The notes under the pieces were generated by a model. The model was not told the DNA's origin and made no database searches. It saw only the letters and a list, made by a program, of their open reading frames with translations. Of a stretch of 64,000 bases of DNA, positions 12,792 to 26,320 are shown in pieces (positions within the stretch are counted from its first letter, which is position 1; each line of letters opens with the position of its first letter). The stretch lies in contig OX597837.1 in NCBI GenBank assembly GCA_951406725.2, forward strand, positions 3,906,001-3,970,000, in the 5' to 3' direction. Position numbers and translations under genes: made by a program. This DNA comes from Octopus vulgaris (Eukaryota).

Positions 12792-12858
12792 CCTACTGAC
12801 GATAGCTAGCCTCACTGAATATTTTTTTAGCGGAATGAGTTAGAAACCATTGTCTATG
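12792..12858 (+). ncRNA. Type-I hammerhead-like motif
   Basis: ccta-CTGACGA-tagct..agtta-GAAAC-catt-GTC-tatg. Core intact, one mismatch in stem I. Confidence 0.6.
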
Positions 12859-12996
12859 AACTAAATTAGATAGTAAACGTTTTAAATTTTCAATCCTTTC
12901 GAGAATTTATCCATAATTAGTGGTTTGAGTTTTCTACTGCTCTTTCTAGCACAAGACTTTCCTATTTGGAAGCCTCTTAATGTGTTCCAATGTACA

Positions 12997-13088
<92 letters not shown>

Positions 13089-13850
13089 GGACAAGCGGTA
13101 TTGGAATGTTTAATTTATCGTAAAGCAGCGGTTCGAGAATTAAGACGTAACAGAGTAAGTTTCGGTTTCCATGGTGACAGTAGCAACAATGCACGTGAGA
13201 GACAGCTCTGTGTGTCGTTTACTGTTTTTTTGTCTATTTCTGTCTTGGCTTATTGGTTAAATCTATATTTCACTGCTCGCCTCATAACTCGGTTTTATAA
13301 ATCGTTCGGTCTAAAGAGCTTGTTGTTCTCTTGTTATTGTGCTTCTCCTTTCGGTGTTCGTCTGGTAGCAGCGTTTATTTATAACACAGCCGTGTGTATT
13401 GTTGATATCGCGAAATTGAATAGGATTATCGTTAGGTATGGAAAATGTGCTAAAAGTTGGTCGATAACGGATGAGGAATGGAGAATGGCCGCGCATATTT
13501 TTTGTTATTTTTTTCATGTTTTTCTGCATGGTTCTTTATCGTCCGCAATGTGATACATTTTTATTATCACTCACACACAGGCACTGACACAGACATACAC
13601 ACATACGCACACACATACACACACACATACATAGGCATATGTGCCTACATACATAGATGTGTATGTAAGTCATATGTAATCTGAAAGGTGTATATCTGTG
13701 TGTGTTTACATATATATATATATATGGATATATATACATATGAGTGCGTGTATGTGATTTTACATACATACATACAAACAAACTCACACGCACACACACA
13801 CACACACACATACACACACACACATACACACACACACATACACACACACG

Positions 13851-13888
<38 letters not shown>

Positions 13889-14299
13889 GGGAGAATTCAC
13901 ACAAAAATATAAAACGAAATACGAAGACAGGTGATGTAGACAACAAACATGTTTTAGTATAACGCTCAGGAAGTGAAAAAGTCTTTAACATTTCAGCTAG
14001 CGATCTATCATGGCGAATACACACAAACATATACATAAACACGCACACAGACACACACACGCACACCTATTTATATATCATGCTAATGAAATGTATTTTT
14101 TGAATTTTCACTGGTGATATTTGGCAACTCGAATTTCCATATTATATCATTAATTTGACGTAAATTCTTAACGAGTCTTTGCTAAAGTTTTATTCTTTAT
14201 TTTCATACGAACATTACTTGTTAACAAAAATTTCATTTTTTGCAACTTCGATATTAAGTGGTGATAAAATTGCAATTACAGCTTTTGGAAAGGATAGCC

Positions 14300-14960
14300 G
14301 AGTGCAAAGTCAGCGGCAAACGAAATTATTAACGTGCAAGGTCTAGGAATTCTCAACAAACGTGTAACAGAAAACAGCTTCAGACAATTCTAGGCAGGTG
14401 ACACCTGCATCGAAGACAAACCAAGGTCAGAGAGATCGTCTGTTGTGGAATATGAAGTCTCGCTGGAAACAACTGAAGAGCAGTCAAGCACAAATACTAT
14501 TACGTTGTCGGTAGAACTTGGTCTTTCACACAGTACTATCTGTGGACAGCGCCTTAAACTCAGCCTTGTGAAGAGACGCTATCGAAAAGCCCCTAATGAA
14601 CTGACCGATGACAAAGCTGACCGGCCTGTGGACATTTGTAAGCAACTGATGGCAAATTCTCGAGATTCAAGATTTGGTCGTCGGGTTGTAAATGGAGATG
14701 GAAAATGGATCTATTTTCGTAATACTACTACGAAGAATCAGTGGTTTTATTGCGGATAAGCTTCGGGATCTATTGTCAAACAAAGAATTTGAACAGAAAG
14801 TCATATTCTGTATTTGGTGGAATTTCAGTGGGGGATGATGCACTTTGAGCTTGCCTCTGATGGTCACATTTTTAACGCTAATCTTTGTTCGCAACAACTT
14901 CAGCGAATATATGATACTTTGGAAGTCCGCTAGCTGCCATTGCTCACTCGAAAATCAATG
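14300..14960 (+). mobile_element. Mariner transposase pseudogene fragment
   Basis: IEDKPRSER..LSVELGLSHSTI..PNELT..VVNGDGKWIYFRN..KVIFCIWWNF..HFEL..QQLQR, with stops and frameshifts. Confidence 0.85.
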
Positions 14961-15046
14961 TAATCTTCTCTTCAGGGAAATGAAGAAATGACTATACATA
15001 TCCATCATATTCTGTTACTATATCTTATTGACGAGTTTCATTTCAA

Positions 15047-15128
15047 TTCCCTGAAGAGATTACATTGTTCTACACCATTTTATTCCTAAGGAATAATACC
15101 AGTAATATCTTCCAAACATGTGTCGGAA
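15047..15128 (+). ncRNA. Decayed type-I hammerhead-like motif
   Basis: ttcc-CTGAAGA-gattac..gtaat..-CAAAC-atgt-GTC-ggaa. Stem I perfect, G12 is C. Its 5' part is inversely duplicated at 14960-14985. Confidence 0.5.
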
Positions 15129-15163
15129 GTAAAAAAATTTGAATACAACCTGCGTTTATCTTC

Positions 15164-15227
<64 letters not shown>

Positions 15228-15230
15228 ATA

Positions 15231-15725
15231 ATAAGAGTAAATAATTTCTTCGATGGTTTTTCAGACAACCAACAATTATTTACCGGTATATTTCGGTATG
15301 TAAATATGACCTTTAGCGGCGGGAACCTCTGTAGAGTTCAGTATATATTGTATATAAGTAGAAGGACAGGCAACAGGTTGCTTTGCCGCATACCGAAAGA
15401 ATTAGAAATAGCAGTTAGAGACTGTTTATTTCCATTTTCTACAAGTGGGGCTCCATATACGACATAACCCTGCAATTCACATATGCAAAATAGGACGAAT
15501 AAATAAACGAAAACAATGCCTTACCGTTAATAGCGAACATGTTTCTAGATCGGAGGTGAGAAAATTCCTCATGTCTTTCTTCAGCGCCATCTTCGATAGA
15601 TTTATCAAATGCCACCAGCCTCCACCTTTGACCAGGCGACATCAAATAGTGGGAGAAAATGGAAATAAAAGTCTCTGACTGCTATTTCTAATTCTTTGGG
15701 TATGCGGCAAAGCAACCTGTTGCGT
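15231..15725 (-). mobile_element. Penelope-pLTR-like non-coding element with internal inverted repeats enclosing a hammerhead
   Basis: Inverted arms 15369-15445 / 15650-15724, hammerhead at 15530-15590, bounded by (TA)n. Homologous to 51031-51365 and 53836-54842. Confidence 0.7.
15530..15590 (-). ncRNA. Type-I hammerhead ribozyme motif, intact core
   Basis: atggcg-CTGAAGA-aaga..gagg..cctc..tcta-GAAAC-at-GTT-cgctat. 6-bp stem I, palindromic ACATGT stem III. Confidence 0.75.
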
Positions 15726-15728
15726 GCC

Positions 15729-15817
<89 letters not shown>

Positions 15818-16592
15818 TATATATACATATATACACACATATATACATGTACGTATATATCAGTGTATCAATATGTTTGTCTCTCTTTCTCTCTCACTCA
15901 CTCTCACTTTATATATATATATATATATATATACATACACATACACAACACACATACACACACACACACACACATACATACACACACACACACGTATATA
16001 TATATATATCTATTTGGTCATATTCAAGAGTAGCAAATGCGGCAGAAATTGCTTGCAGCCTTGCTGTATATATGTGTGTATATGTATGTGCAAGTATGTA
16101 TGCATGTATGTATGTATGTATGTATGTATGTATGTATGTATGTATGTATGTATGTATGCATGTATGTATGTATGTATGTATGTATGTATATATGTATGTA
16201 TGTTTGTATGTATGTATATATGTATGTATACACTCATATTTGCATACATATTCCATGTTATTTATTTTCCAGAATATGGAATGGACCATAAAATGTTTAT
16301 CTTACATACTATGGAGAATATGATGTGTTAAGCATTTATCGATGCAACAATTGATTAAATTTTTATGGTTTGCAAACACAATATTTCAGCTGTGTTTAAA
16401 AATGTCGCTATAATTCCAGGATGCTATTAAATAATTGTAAACAGAAGGAACCCCCATAACAAAAGGAAGACAATACTTTATATTTTAAAACTAGCATTTC
16501 AGAAAATTAGATCGAGAAAAACTGTCGAGGATAGAATATCTAATGCAAAACCTGACATGAATGAATAAGTCAGTTGAGTGATACACACACAC

Positions 16593-16657
<65 letters not shown>

Positions 16658-16668
16658 GCGTATATGTA

Positions 16669-16788
<120 letters not shown>

Positions 16789-16989
16789 TTTGTCCGAGGA
16801 ATCTAATGCTCTTAGCTTAGATTTTACTTGGGGCTGGCCAGATTAGAGCGATCTCAAGATTGATCAGCCGAAATTGCGAGGATGATCCGGTTCTTGACTG
16901 AAGATTAAAGGCTTCGTATGACCCGACCGTGTTTGTTGTATCGTCTATTTGGATGTTTTGCGTTGTCATATTTTGTATTTTATATATAT

Positions 16990-17255
16990 ATATAGCGGCG
17001 TACGTACACTTTATTCTCCCTTATATATATATATATATGTTTATATAGTTATCGCCATACTAATATGGCATTGTTATAAAAATAAGAATAAAGCTGTCCG
17101 CTTATTAGCTCCATGAGGCCATCGCCTTAAGTTAGCTATTTGATACACAAACTGTATCCATATAACCTTCGAGAGACTTAGTAATTTTAATATTTCTATT
17201 ATATATATATGTATATATATATAAGAGAATAAAGTGTACGTACGCCGCTATATAT
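16990..17255. repeat. Segment flanked by ~30-bp inverted repeats in (TA)n
   Basis: tagcggcgtacgtacactttattctc ... gagaataaagtgtacgtacgccgcta. Confidence 0.75.
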
Positions 17256-17689
17256 ATATAATACGAGCAGTACATCCCAACGAGAAAGCTGGAGAAAGAA
17301 TAGCAAAGAACAGATATGTGGAAAAAGAGAAGAAAGTATACCTCCCTCGAGGATATCAGAATAGACATGACACAGGATTTGAAGTGAATAATAGAGATCA
17401 TAGGAGCAAAAGAAGCCATTATGAGAGAACTCAGCAAGGCAGCGTTTACTGACATGATCAATAGAGAACATCTACCAAAGCTCTCAAACAACATAAAAAA
17501 TTAACAATATAATCATGATATATAATATTGCTCTTAGACAGATTTTAAGAAATAAGGGAAATGACCTAATAACCTTAAATAACTTCATCTATTCCATGGA
17601 TAAAATATATTTTAGCTGCAAGCAAATTTTATTGACGTCAATGTGTTCGTACTGAATTAGTCTTTGTCAAAATGAAGTGAGGAAAACAA

Positions 17690-18660
17690 CATCCATCATG
17701 TGGTGTCCGTTTTCATTGATGCATTTCTCAAGGCGTTCTTAGAAGTTGGCCTCCACTCTCTTCAACATTGCTCTGTCGATTGGGGCGACTTCCACGCGAA
17801 TAGCTTCCTTCAAATCGTCCAATGTACGGGGTTTATATGCATACACACATGCCTTGAGGTTTCCCCACAAGAAATAATCACACATAAATAAATCAGGGGA
17901 TCGAGGTGGCCAAGGAATGTTAACAAACCTGGAAATGAGGCGGCCACCGAAGTGAGGGTGAAGAACATCCACTGATGCTCTGGCTGTGTGGGCCGTCGCC
18001 CTATCCTGCTGAAATCACATATGTGAAATCGGCATACATTTCCATAATTTAGGTACAAAGAAACTGTTTATCATCTCGATGTAACGGTCGGAGTTCACAG
18101 TCACAGCATTTCCATTATTATCTTTAAAAAAAAGTAACGACCAATGATGGCAGCTTTTATAGCACCACACCAGACCCTCACTTTCAGGCTGTGTAGTGGT
18201 CTTTTCTGCAGTTCTCTCAGATTTTTAAGAGCCCAGTAACGACACTTCCGTTGTTTCACTATGCCACTCAGATGAAAATGAGCTTCATCCCTCATTAACA
18301 AAATGAGGTTGCCTTTTGTCACAAAAATTGCTTCCATTTAACGTGCGAAGTTAAACCACTGTGCGTAGTCACATCGTTTCAACTGTTGTCCTACGATCAA
18401 TTTGTACGGGTGGAAATGCAAGTCCTCATGCAAAATACGTCTTACTGATCGACTACCGATGCCAAGTTCAGTGGAATCCCTCCGAACCGAGCGATTCGGA
18501 CTCCGTATCAAAGCTTGTCTGATGCGTGCCACATTTTCCGGGATCCGTACTGTTCGTTGTGCCCCCACCGGTCTCCTATTCATTAGTGTAACTCGTGTAC
18601 GAAGTGCATTCACCCAACGTAAGATTGTTCTACGGGTGGGAACAGCCTGTTATCGGTGAA
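17690..18660 (-). mobile_element. DD41D (rosa/Visitor-type) Tc1/mariner transposase pseudogene
   Basis: VPTRRTILRWV..RTVRIPENV..SPNRSVRR..LHFHPYK..DEAHFHLSG..RYW..FQQD-(41 aa)-D within WPPRSPDLFMCDYFLWGNLK. Several stops and frameshifts. Confidence 0.9.
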
Positions 18661-18904
18661 TGTTCACGTGGCGCCAAAACGACCAAAGTGAGTAATAGGA
18701 TGGTTAAGGGGGATGCTAGGGAGAGAGGGGGAAGTTGGAAGGGTAGGAGGAGATGTTTCTCAAACCTCCTTCTCCTTTAGCCCGTGGTATAATTGAGAAA
18801 GGTATAGGAAAGGGTATAGAAGGGGGCAGCATTTTTAATTGTACCCCAATTAAAGGACACACTGAAATCATTGCATATTTAGAAGTTCTACAAGATTAAA
18901 GTAT

Positions 18905-19085
18905 TGTTGATGTGTTTACGTCCCCGTAAGTTAGCGGCTTGGCGTAAGATACTGATACACTAAGTTGTAAGCTTAAAAAATAAGTCCTAGGGTCGATTTA
19001 TTCGATTAAAAATCACCCGCAAGACGGTGCTCCAACATGACCGCAGTCAAAGAACTGAAATACGTAAAAGAATACAAGAATAAAG
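18905..19085 (+). mobile_element. SINE family B 3' half
   Basis: tgtttacgtccccgtaa..ggtcgattt..ggtgctccaacatgaccgcagtcaaa..gtaaaagaat. Confidence 0.75.
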
Positions 19086-19310
19086 ACAGAATATCCTTGT
19101 ATGTTGCTTCGTGTGCATATGCATACTCCCTTCCATGGATATATGCGCATATATCTGCTCTTGCACAAATATATATTTACTCCCCTAACATTCCTTGTAG
19201 AGTTGGATTCTACTTTGATTTTATATTTCATCGTTTCAACATTTCATGACGCCGTAATTGTATCTCATTTTATAAGTGATAATTTTCTTTTGGCCGTGCC
19301 TTATCTCAAT

Positions 19311-19471
<161 letters not shown>

Positions 19472-19491
19472 GTGTGTGCATGTACCTGTGC

Positions 19492-19534
<43 letters not shown>

Positions 19535-19914
19535 TGTGTGTATATATACACGTATATATGTACGTAAGTAATTCTCATTTTATGTTTATTCCGAAATAAA
19601 AGAATCCGTAAAATTTATTCTGGATTTCATCCTTTCGTTAAATATTACTTTTCCGTACACATATTTGTTTAACTTTACGTAAACAGCTGATGTGTGCCGA
19701 CTTTGTGGGTCCTGGGGTCCCAAAAATAATTATCTGTTTATTGTAGCCGTTCTTAATTCTGGAACTTCAACAAAAGAAGATAATGAGTTTTGGAAATCTT
19801 CCGAGAGATGAATATGAACTGAAACAGTGATGTCATTGTTTCGTCTTTTTACCAATTCTCCCTTTCTTCCTACATTTATCCAATCTGCTGCCTAAATTAT
19901 TTCGAATTCTTTAT

Positions 19915-20400
19915 CGCTTTTACTTCTTTCAGCAATTTGACTGGGGCCGTGATGGAGCACCACCTCGAAAGGCATTTTTGAAAAGCCTAATACTTATTCT
20001 ATCGGCTCTTTTTCCCGAACCACTAAGTTACCAAATCCGCTCACAAGGCTTTGGTCGGCCCCAGGCTATAGTAGAAGACACTTGCCGAATGTGCCACGCA
20101 GTAGGACTGAACCCGCAACCATGTGGTTGGTAAGCAACCTACTTACCACACAGCCACTCCCGCGCCTATATTATATATATATATATATATTTGAGTAGTT
20201 GAATGAATTATCTTATTAAGGATAATTCGAAAGATAACCGATACCTGGGTAGCAAATTCACATCAGAAAGAACATGGTTGAAGCTACGTCCCTAGGGTAT
20301 AGACTACGTGTTGTCTTCGTGCGGAAATTTGTATGTTTATTTTAAAATAAAGGATATTTGTTAACTAGTCGTTCAACTCCATTCTTTCATATACATATAA

Positions 20401-20448
<48 letters not shown>

Positions 20449-20632
20449 CATATATATATATATACATATATACGACAGCTTCTTTCAGTTTCCGTCTACG
20501 AAACCCATTCACAAGGCTTTGGTCGGCCCGAGGCTATAGTAGAAGACACTTGCCCAAGGTGCTACGCATTGGGACTGAACCCAGAACCATGTGGTTCGTA
20601 AGCAAGCTACTCACCACACAGCCACTCCCGCG

Positions 20633-20685
<53 letters not shown>

Positions 20686-20830
20686 CAGGCTTCTTTCAGT
20701 TTCCATCTACCAAACTCACTCACTAGGCTTTGTTCGGCCCAAGGCTATAGTAGAAGACACTTGCCCAAGTAGAGCTGAACCCGGAACCATGTGGTTCGTT
20801 AGCAAGCTACTTAACCACACAGCCACTCAG
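19915..20830 (-). mobile_element. Cluster of three SINE family B copies/5' halves (19915-20167, 20471-20636, 20683-20828)
   Basis: Repeated ttggtcggcccgaggctatagtagaagacacttgcccaagg..gggactgaacc..ccacacagccactcc separated by (TA)n. Confidence 0.9.
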
Positions 20831-21565
20831 CAATAATATAAACATCTGTAACTATGACCTCTTTCCACGTGATACTTTTTTTAATTTCCAAAATAGGGTT
20901 TGTACCTCAAAATAATAACTAGCTCTACATACTATATATGATGGTGTTCAATACCAAGGGAACTCACCATCAAACAGTTTAGCGATTGTGATATTGCAGT
21001 AAAGGTTAAATGGTTACACGAAGCAAGTTTTCTGATATATTGAAAATAAACAATTGTAAGTTGTAGCCTGCAACGTTTCCGAAATTCTTTTGACAAGCCG
21101 TTATATCAAATACATTTATCGAGAGATGGGCGGCATTTCTGCATTGAAAAATTTTAAGCAAATATGTTTCTCTTCTTCCTTTCTTTTATTTATTTTGAAT
21201 TTCATTTGTTTTATTTTTATTTATTCATTTGTTTGTTTTTGCAGAGTTGATTTGTTAGACGATAGAGATAAGGTGAAATTGAGACACGGTGGCATAGAAG
21301 TGGGTGGTTAGCATTAATATATGTGTGTAAGTATTAATGTTAATTCATTTAGATGTGTACGTGTGTCTCCCGTTTGTCTGGATTAGGTGTAAGATAGAGT
21401 GGCTTTAAAAATAGTTCTATGTTATTCTGGTCTCTCTTTGTTGTGTCTAGATATTTATTTGATTAGTAATTATTGATTTTATTTTTATTTTATATCGCAT
21501 TTTGTGAACTATAGCGTCGCTTCATATTCATTTCCGTCAGCAGGCGAATAACTGATTTATAACAA

Positions 21566-21965
21566 GGCGGTGAGCTGGCAGAAACGTTAGCATGCCGGGC
21601 GAACTCCTTAGTGATATTTCGTCTGCGGTTACGTTCTGAGTTCAAATTCCGCCGAGGTCGACTTTGCCTTTCATCCTTTCGGGGTCGATTAAATAAGTAC
21701 CAGTTACGCACTGGAGTCGATATAATCGACTTAATCCGTTTGTCTGTAAAGAAATAAGAAACGTTAGCACGTCGGGAGAAATTCTTAGTGGCATTTCCTC
21801 TGTCTTCACGTTCTCAGTCCAAATTCAGCTGAGGTCGACTTTGCCTTTCATCCTTTCGGGGGCGATAAATTAAGTATCAGTTGCGTTCTAGAGTCGTTCT
21901 AATCGAATGGCCCCACTACACCAAAAAAGTTTCGGGCCTTGTGCCTAGAGTAGAAAGGAATATTT
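21566..21965 (+). mobile_element. SINE family A dimeric copy
   Basis: Two consecutive units gaaacgttagca..aaattc..gaggtcgactttgcctttcatcctttcgggg, plus the tail ggccttgtgcctagagtagaaagg. Confidence 0.9.
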
Positions 21966-22677
21966 CTTGCCAATAGAGAAAGAGCCGGTTTCTAACCCAG
22001 ATTTAAGACTCCTTTATTGGGTTCTTTTGTTTGTATGTATATGTGCACATTTGTATGTTTCGCTTTACGTATGTATTCTCATGCATATAGTTGTATATCT
22101 TACACATATATATATTTAAACGATAAACTTCTGGAAAGTTTTACAGATTTTTTCAGTTCCAGTGATGGACTGGATCAGTAGTCTTCGAATTAACTTTCTC
22201 CTTTCTAGTTTTCAGAAGCCTAATTTCTCAAGATTTGTATTTAGTCAATGTATTACGAAACCCAGGGCTCCAATAATTACAGGTATATGTATGTATGTAC
22301 GTATGTATGTCTGTATGTATGTATGTATGTATGTACGTATGTATGTCTGTATGTATGTATGTATGTATGTACGTATGTATGTCTGTATGTATGTATATAT
22401 GTGTGTGTTGTGTGTATGTGTGTGTTTATGTGTATGTGTGTGTTTGTGTGTGTGGAGTGTTTGTGTGTGTATGTGTCTGTGAGTGTGTGTGGGTGTGTAC
22501 CTACATTGCTAGCGATAGGAGTTGAAACGCTCTAATGTTGTAGAAAGCACATAACTGTATACATATACATAGACAGGGATCCTTATTTCTAGCAATGAAG
22601 GTTTTTGTAACACACTAATCCCATTTAGAAACAATTGTAGTTTTCCGTTTTGATAGACTATTGCAAACTACTGTAAA

Positions 22678-22729
<52 letters not shown>

Positions 22730-23969
22730 GCTGAAAGACGTTGAAATCCATGAAGACATGATCTTTTCCGATGTAGTGAGTGTAGAAAAAAAAAATGTTT
22801 TAGTTGGTTCAAATGGACTGTACTCCATGTGTTGTTATAACGATCTTCGTCACGGTTATGCTGTAGCTGTTATTGTTGTTGTTGCTGAAACGACTGTTGC
22901 CGTTTATCTCTAACTCAATCTTGGTTATATAGAAATATGACTAAATTATTCCAGCCTCGATCAAACTATTTTCTTATACTACGTTGTTCTATGAATCATT
23001 TTTTTACTTAAGACGGTAAAATGTAAGATATAATATGAGAGAGGCATTTAGCTGTACATTCTAGCTGATTGAACGGCTCCGTAAAGGCTTGCCTAACGAC
23101 TCGTATTTCCTCTGTGTATGTGTATATATTGAATGTTGTTATAAGCTTTCGCTGTGCTTTCTCTGATAATTCTGTGTGGTTTCTGGTTGGCAAACTTTCA
23201 TTATTAAAATTTCCATTTTTCAGTTGGCAAAACTGAGAAATTCTTATTGCTTTCCATAATTTCTCTTTCACTTTCACTTTCACAATAGAACTTAACTTGC
23301 CGTCGTTATGACGTTGCATTATAAAGACCAGCTTGTGCGTGAATCTCATTTCCAGTTTATATACAAAATCTTATATATAATATATTAGATAGAGAAATGA
23401 TTCTAGTCTTTTGTCAGAAACGTAATGAATATGCATACAGTCCAACTATTACTTCAATTGCAGTGATCCTTTAAATTTATATGACCACACTAGCCGATCA
23501 TTGTATTTACGGCTTTATGCTAGATTAATTCAAAGTATTATTTAGTGGATACGATGTTCTGTTACACAAACTGCTGGAAAATAAATACTTTACGTCTGGT
23601 TAAACAGCAAATCTTTCACTGAAAGGGAATATAATCGAAGTGAATACTGTTTTCTACCAACACATATTGCTAAACAAGTGAAATGTCATCTCACCCTCAT
23701 CCTCTTGTATCACTCTCACTTCTTTCTCATTCGCTACTTATTCCACTTCTTCTCTTTCTATCTCTCTCACTTACTCCTTTCCCTCGCACTTCATACTGTC
23801 TTACTTTCTCTCAGCCATTTTCCATCTCTTTGTTGAGCAAGCGCAAGAAAAATACACACAATTAGCACGGAAATGATCAGATGAAAACGTGAGGCTGGGT
23901 GACTTCAACACATCCGGTCATATCGATACATTATGTCTGTATACCTATATATCTATATCAATATCAATA

Positions 23970-24056
<87 letters not shown>

Positions 24057-24084
24057 GTATCTATCTATCTATCTATCTTTGTAT

Positions 24085-24139
<55 letters not shown>

Positions 24140-24315
24140 TGTATGTATGCATTTATGTATATATTCATACGTGCATACATAATCTATCTTTTATCTTTTG
24201 TCTTTCAATTTACTTGTTCCACCCAACAGAACCAACTTGAAGGGTTTAGTGGAATAATCCTACCTTATTACTTGTGATTTTTGAAAAAAGATAGGTAATT
24301 ACCCGAGACGTCTCG

Positions 24316-24401
<86 letters not shown>

Positions 24402-24430
24402 CTCTCTCTATATATATATATAAAATGAAT

Positions 24431-25815
24431 ATATTGTATAATTATGAGCATAATTATAATGAGGGGTCAGCTAATTGCTTCGCCACGCACCGAATTTAGA
24501 AATAGCAGTTAAAATACTTTTTCCGCTGCCATAAATATCTCCCAGACAGTAACACACTTTTTTTTACGTAGGTAAAGAGAAAAAATAACGAGCGAATCCA
24601 CACGACTCAGATTACCTACATACGCGTTTCGAGATTAAAGTAAAGTTATATTTACTTACTTATTTCACTTCATCAGTGCAGAATTTCAAATATAGAGTTG
24701 AGAGTGTTAGAATTAAATATGTACGCGATCAAGCGTCATCGCATAACTGATATTTAACCGGCAGTTCCAAAGATATACAACCGAATGAGAACACGAATTT
24801 ATCCTCAAAATCACGTGTGTTACGAGTAATCTCGCAGAAACTGCAGTTTTTGATCAGGGAGTAAATTATATTTCAATACTAATAATAAAAGATTAGATTA
24901 ATTAATTAATAATTAGAAATTTTACCAAGTAGTTCGGTACGTTAATATAACCTTTTTGGGTAACATTATACAAATATTCTATAATTATAAACATAATTAT
25001 AATCAGGAGTCAATTGATTGCTTCGCCACGCACAGAATATAGAAATAACAGTTAAAATACTTTTTCCGCTACCGTAAATATCTCCCAGACAGTAATTCTT
25101 TTTTTTACGTAGGCAAAGAGAAAAAATATCGAATCCACTTATAAGGAGGTAGTCCTGTATTTGTTTGAGGGTTGGGTCCTTTGGGTGCTTGGATAAAATG
25201 CGGATTTCAAGTTGACCCAGGTTGCCTCCATGTTGGTCCTTGGCATGTTGGTAGGGTGTGGAGGACTGTTTTTTGTCGTCATAATGTCTCAAATTTCCAT
25301 TTAGTCTTTCCGCAATGCTTCTAGATGTTTCTCCTAGGTACGTCATGTTCATGTCTTTACAAGTACTTCTATGCACCTTACGCTGCAGACTACATTTCCA
25401 TAAATGGATAGCATGTTGTCCACATAATGTGACAGTCCCATAAAAGGGGAGAATGTTACTGTTATTTAGCCCTAGGAAACACCGTTTCCTATTCGACTTG
25501 ACACATTTCCTGTATCCCCATGTTTTCGAAGTCACTTTTATCGGACTGTCACATTAAGTTGACAACATGCTATCACTTTATCGTGCTGCTACTGCATGAA
25601 TCTCTCTGAGAGATTTAGAAATATATCATTTCAACTACATTTCTACTACCGTTAACGCAAGCATTAATCCTACATACTATGCAGTTATCATTGGTGCATA
25701 TGGTATTCTCAAAGGGGTACGTCCTACATAGTTGTGATCTGATGGATTTCCCTAACTTTTCAACGAGCTTTCCTAAATCTAGTCCTCCATAAGGAATCTT
25801 GTAATGCAAATCCCC
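24431..25815 (-). mobile_element. Penelope-like element 3' remnant: GIY-YIG endonuclease plus pseudo-LTR direct repeats and hammerhead
   Basis: YPFENTICTNDNCIVC (linker), TCKDMNMTYLGETSRSIAERL..QH..H..KDPTLKQI. Direct repeats 24431-24600 and 24974-25138. Confidence 0.8.
24616..24681 (-). ncRNA. Type-I hammerhead ribozyme motif in PLE pLTR, intact core
   Basis: ctgca-CTGATGA-agtga..aagtaa..ttactt..tctc-GAAAC-gc-GTA-tgtag with palindromic ACGCGT stem III. Confidence 0.75.
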
Positions 25816-25836
25816 AAACGAAATATATATATATAC

Positions 25837-26057
25837 ACTCTTTACTCTTTTACTCTTTTACTTGTTTCAGGCATTTGACTGCGGCTATGATGGAGCACTG
25901 CCTTTAATCGAGCAACTCGACCCCGGGACTTTTGTAAGCCCAGTACTTATTTTATCGGTCTCTTTTGCCGAACCGCTAAGTAACGGGGACATAAACATAC
26001 CAGCATCGGTTGTCAAGCAATGCTAGGGGGACAAACACAGACACACAAACACACACA

Positions 26058-26104
<47 letters not shown>

Positions 26105-26265
26105 GACAGGCTTCTTTTCAGTTTCCGTCTAGCAAATCCACTCACAAGGTTTTGGTCGGCCCGAGGCTATAGTAGAAGACACTTGCCCAAGGTGCCACGC
26201 AGTGGGACTGAACCCGGAACCATGTGGTTGGTAAACAAGCTACTTACCACACAGCTACTCCTGCG

Positions 26266-26267
<2 letters not shown>
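25837..26267 (-). mobile_element. Full-length SINE family B (tRNA head, CORE-like segment, internal (TA)n(TG)n)
   Basis: Minus strand ggcgcaggagtagctgtgtggtaag (A box)..gggttcagtccc (B box)..caccttgggcaagtg (CORE-like)..microsatellite..gtaaaaga repeats as tail. Confidence 0.9.

Positions 26268-26320
<53 letters not shown>

Noticed and set aside
13310-13530. Possible Penelope protein fragment on the minus strand
   Set aside because: No diagnostic motif is recognisable.
17263-17520. Possible GIY-YIG C-terminal remnant
   Set aside because: The similarity is too vague to support by eye.
23008-23349. 113-aa non-repetitive ORF
   Set aside because: No recognisable motif, splice context or codon signal.
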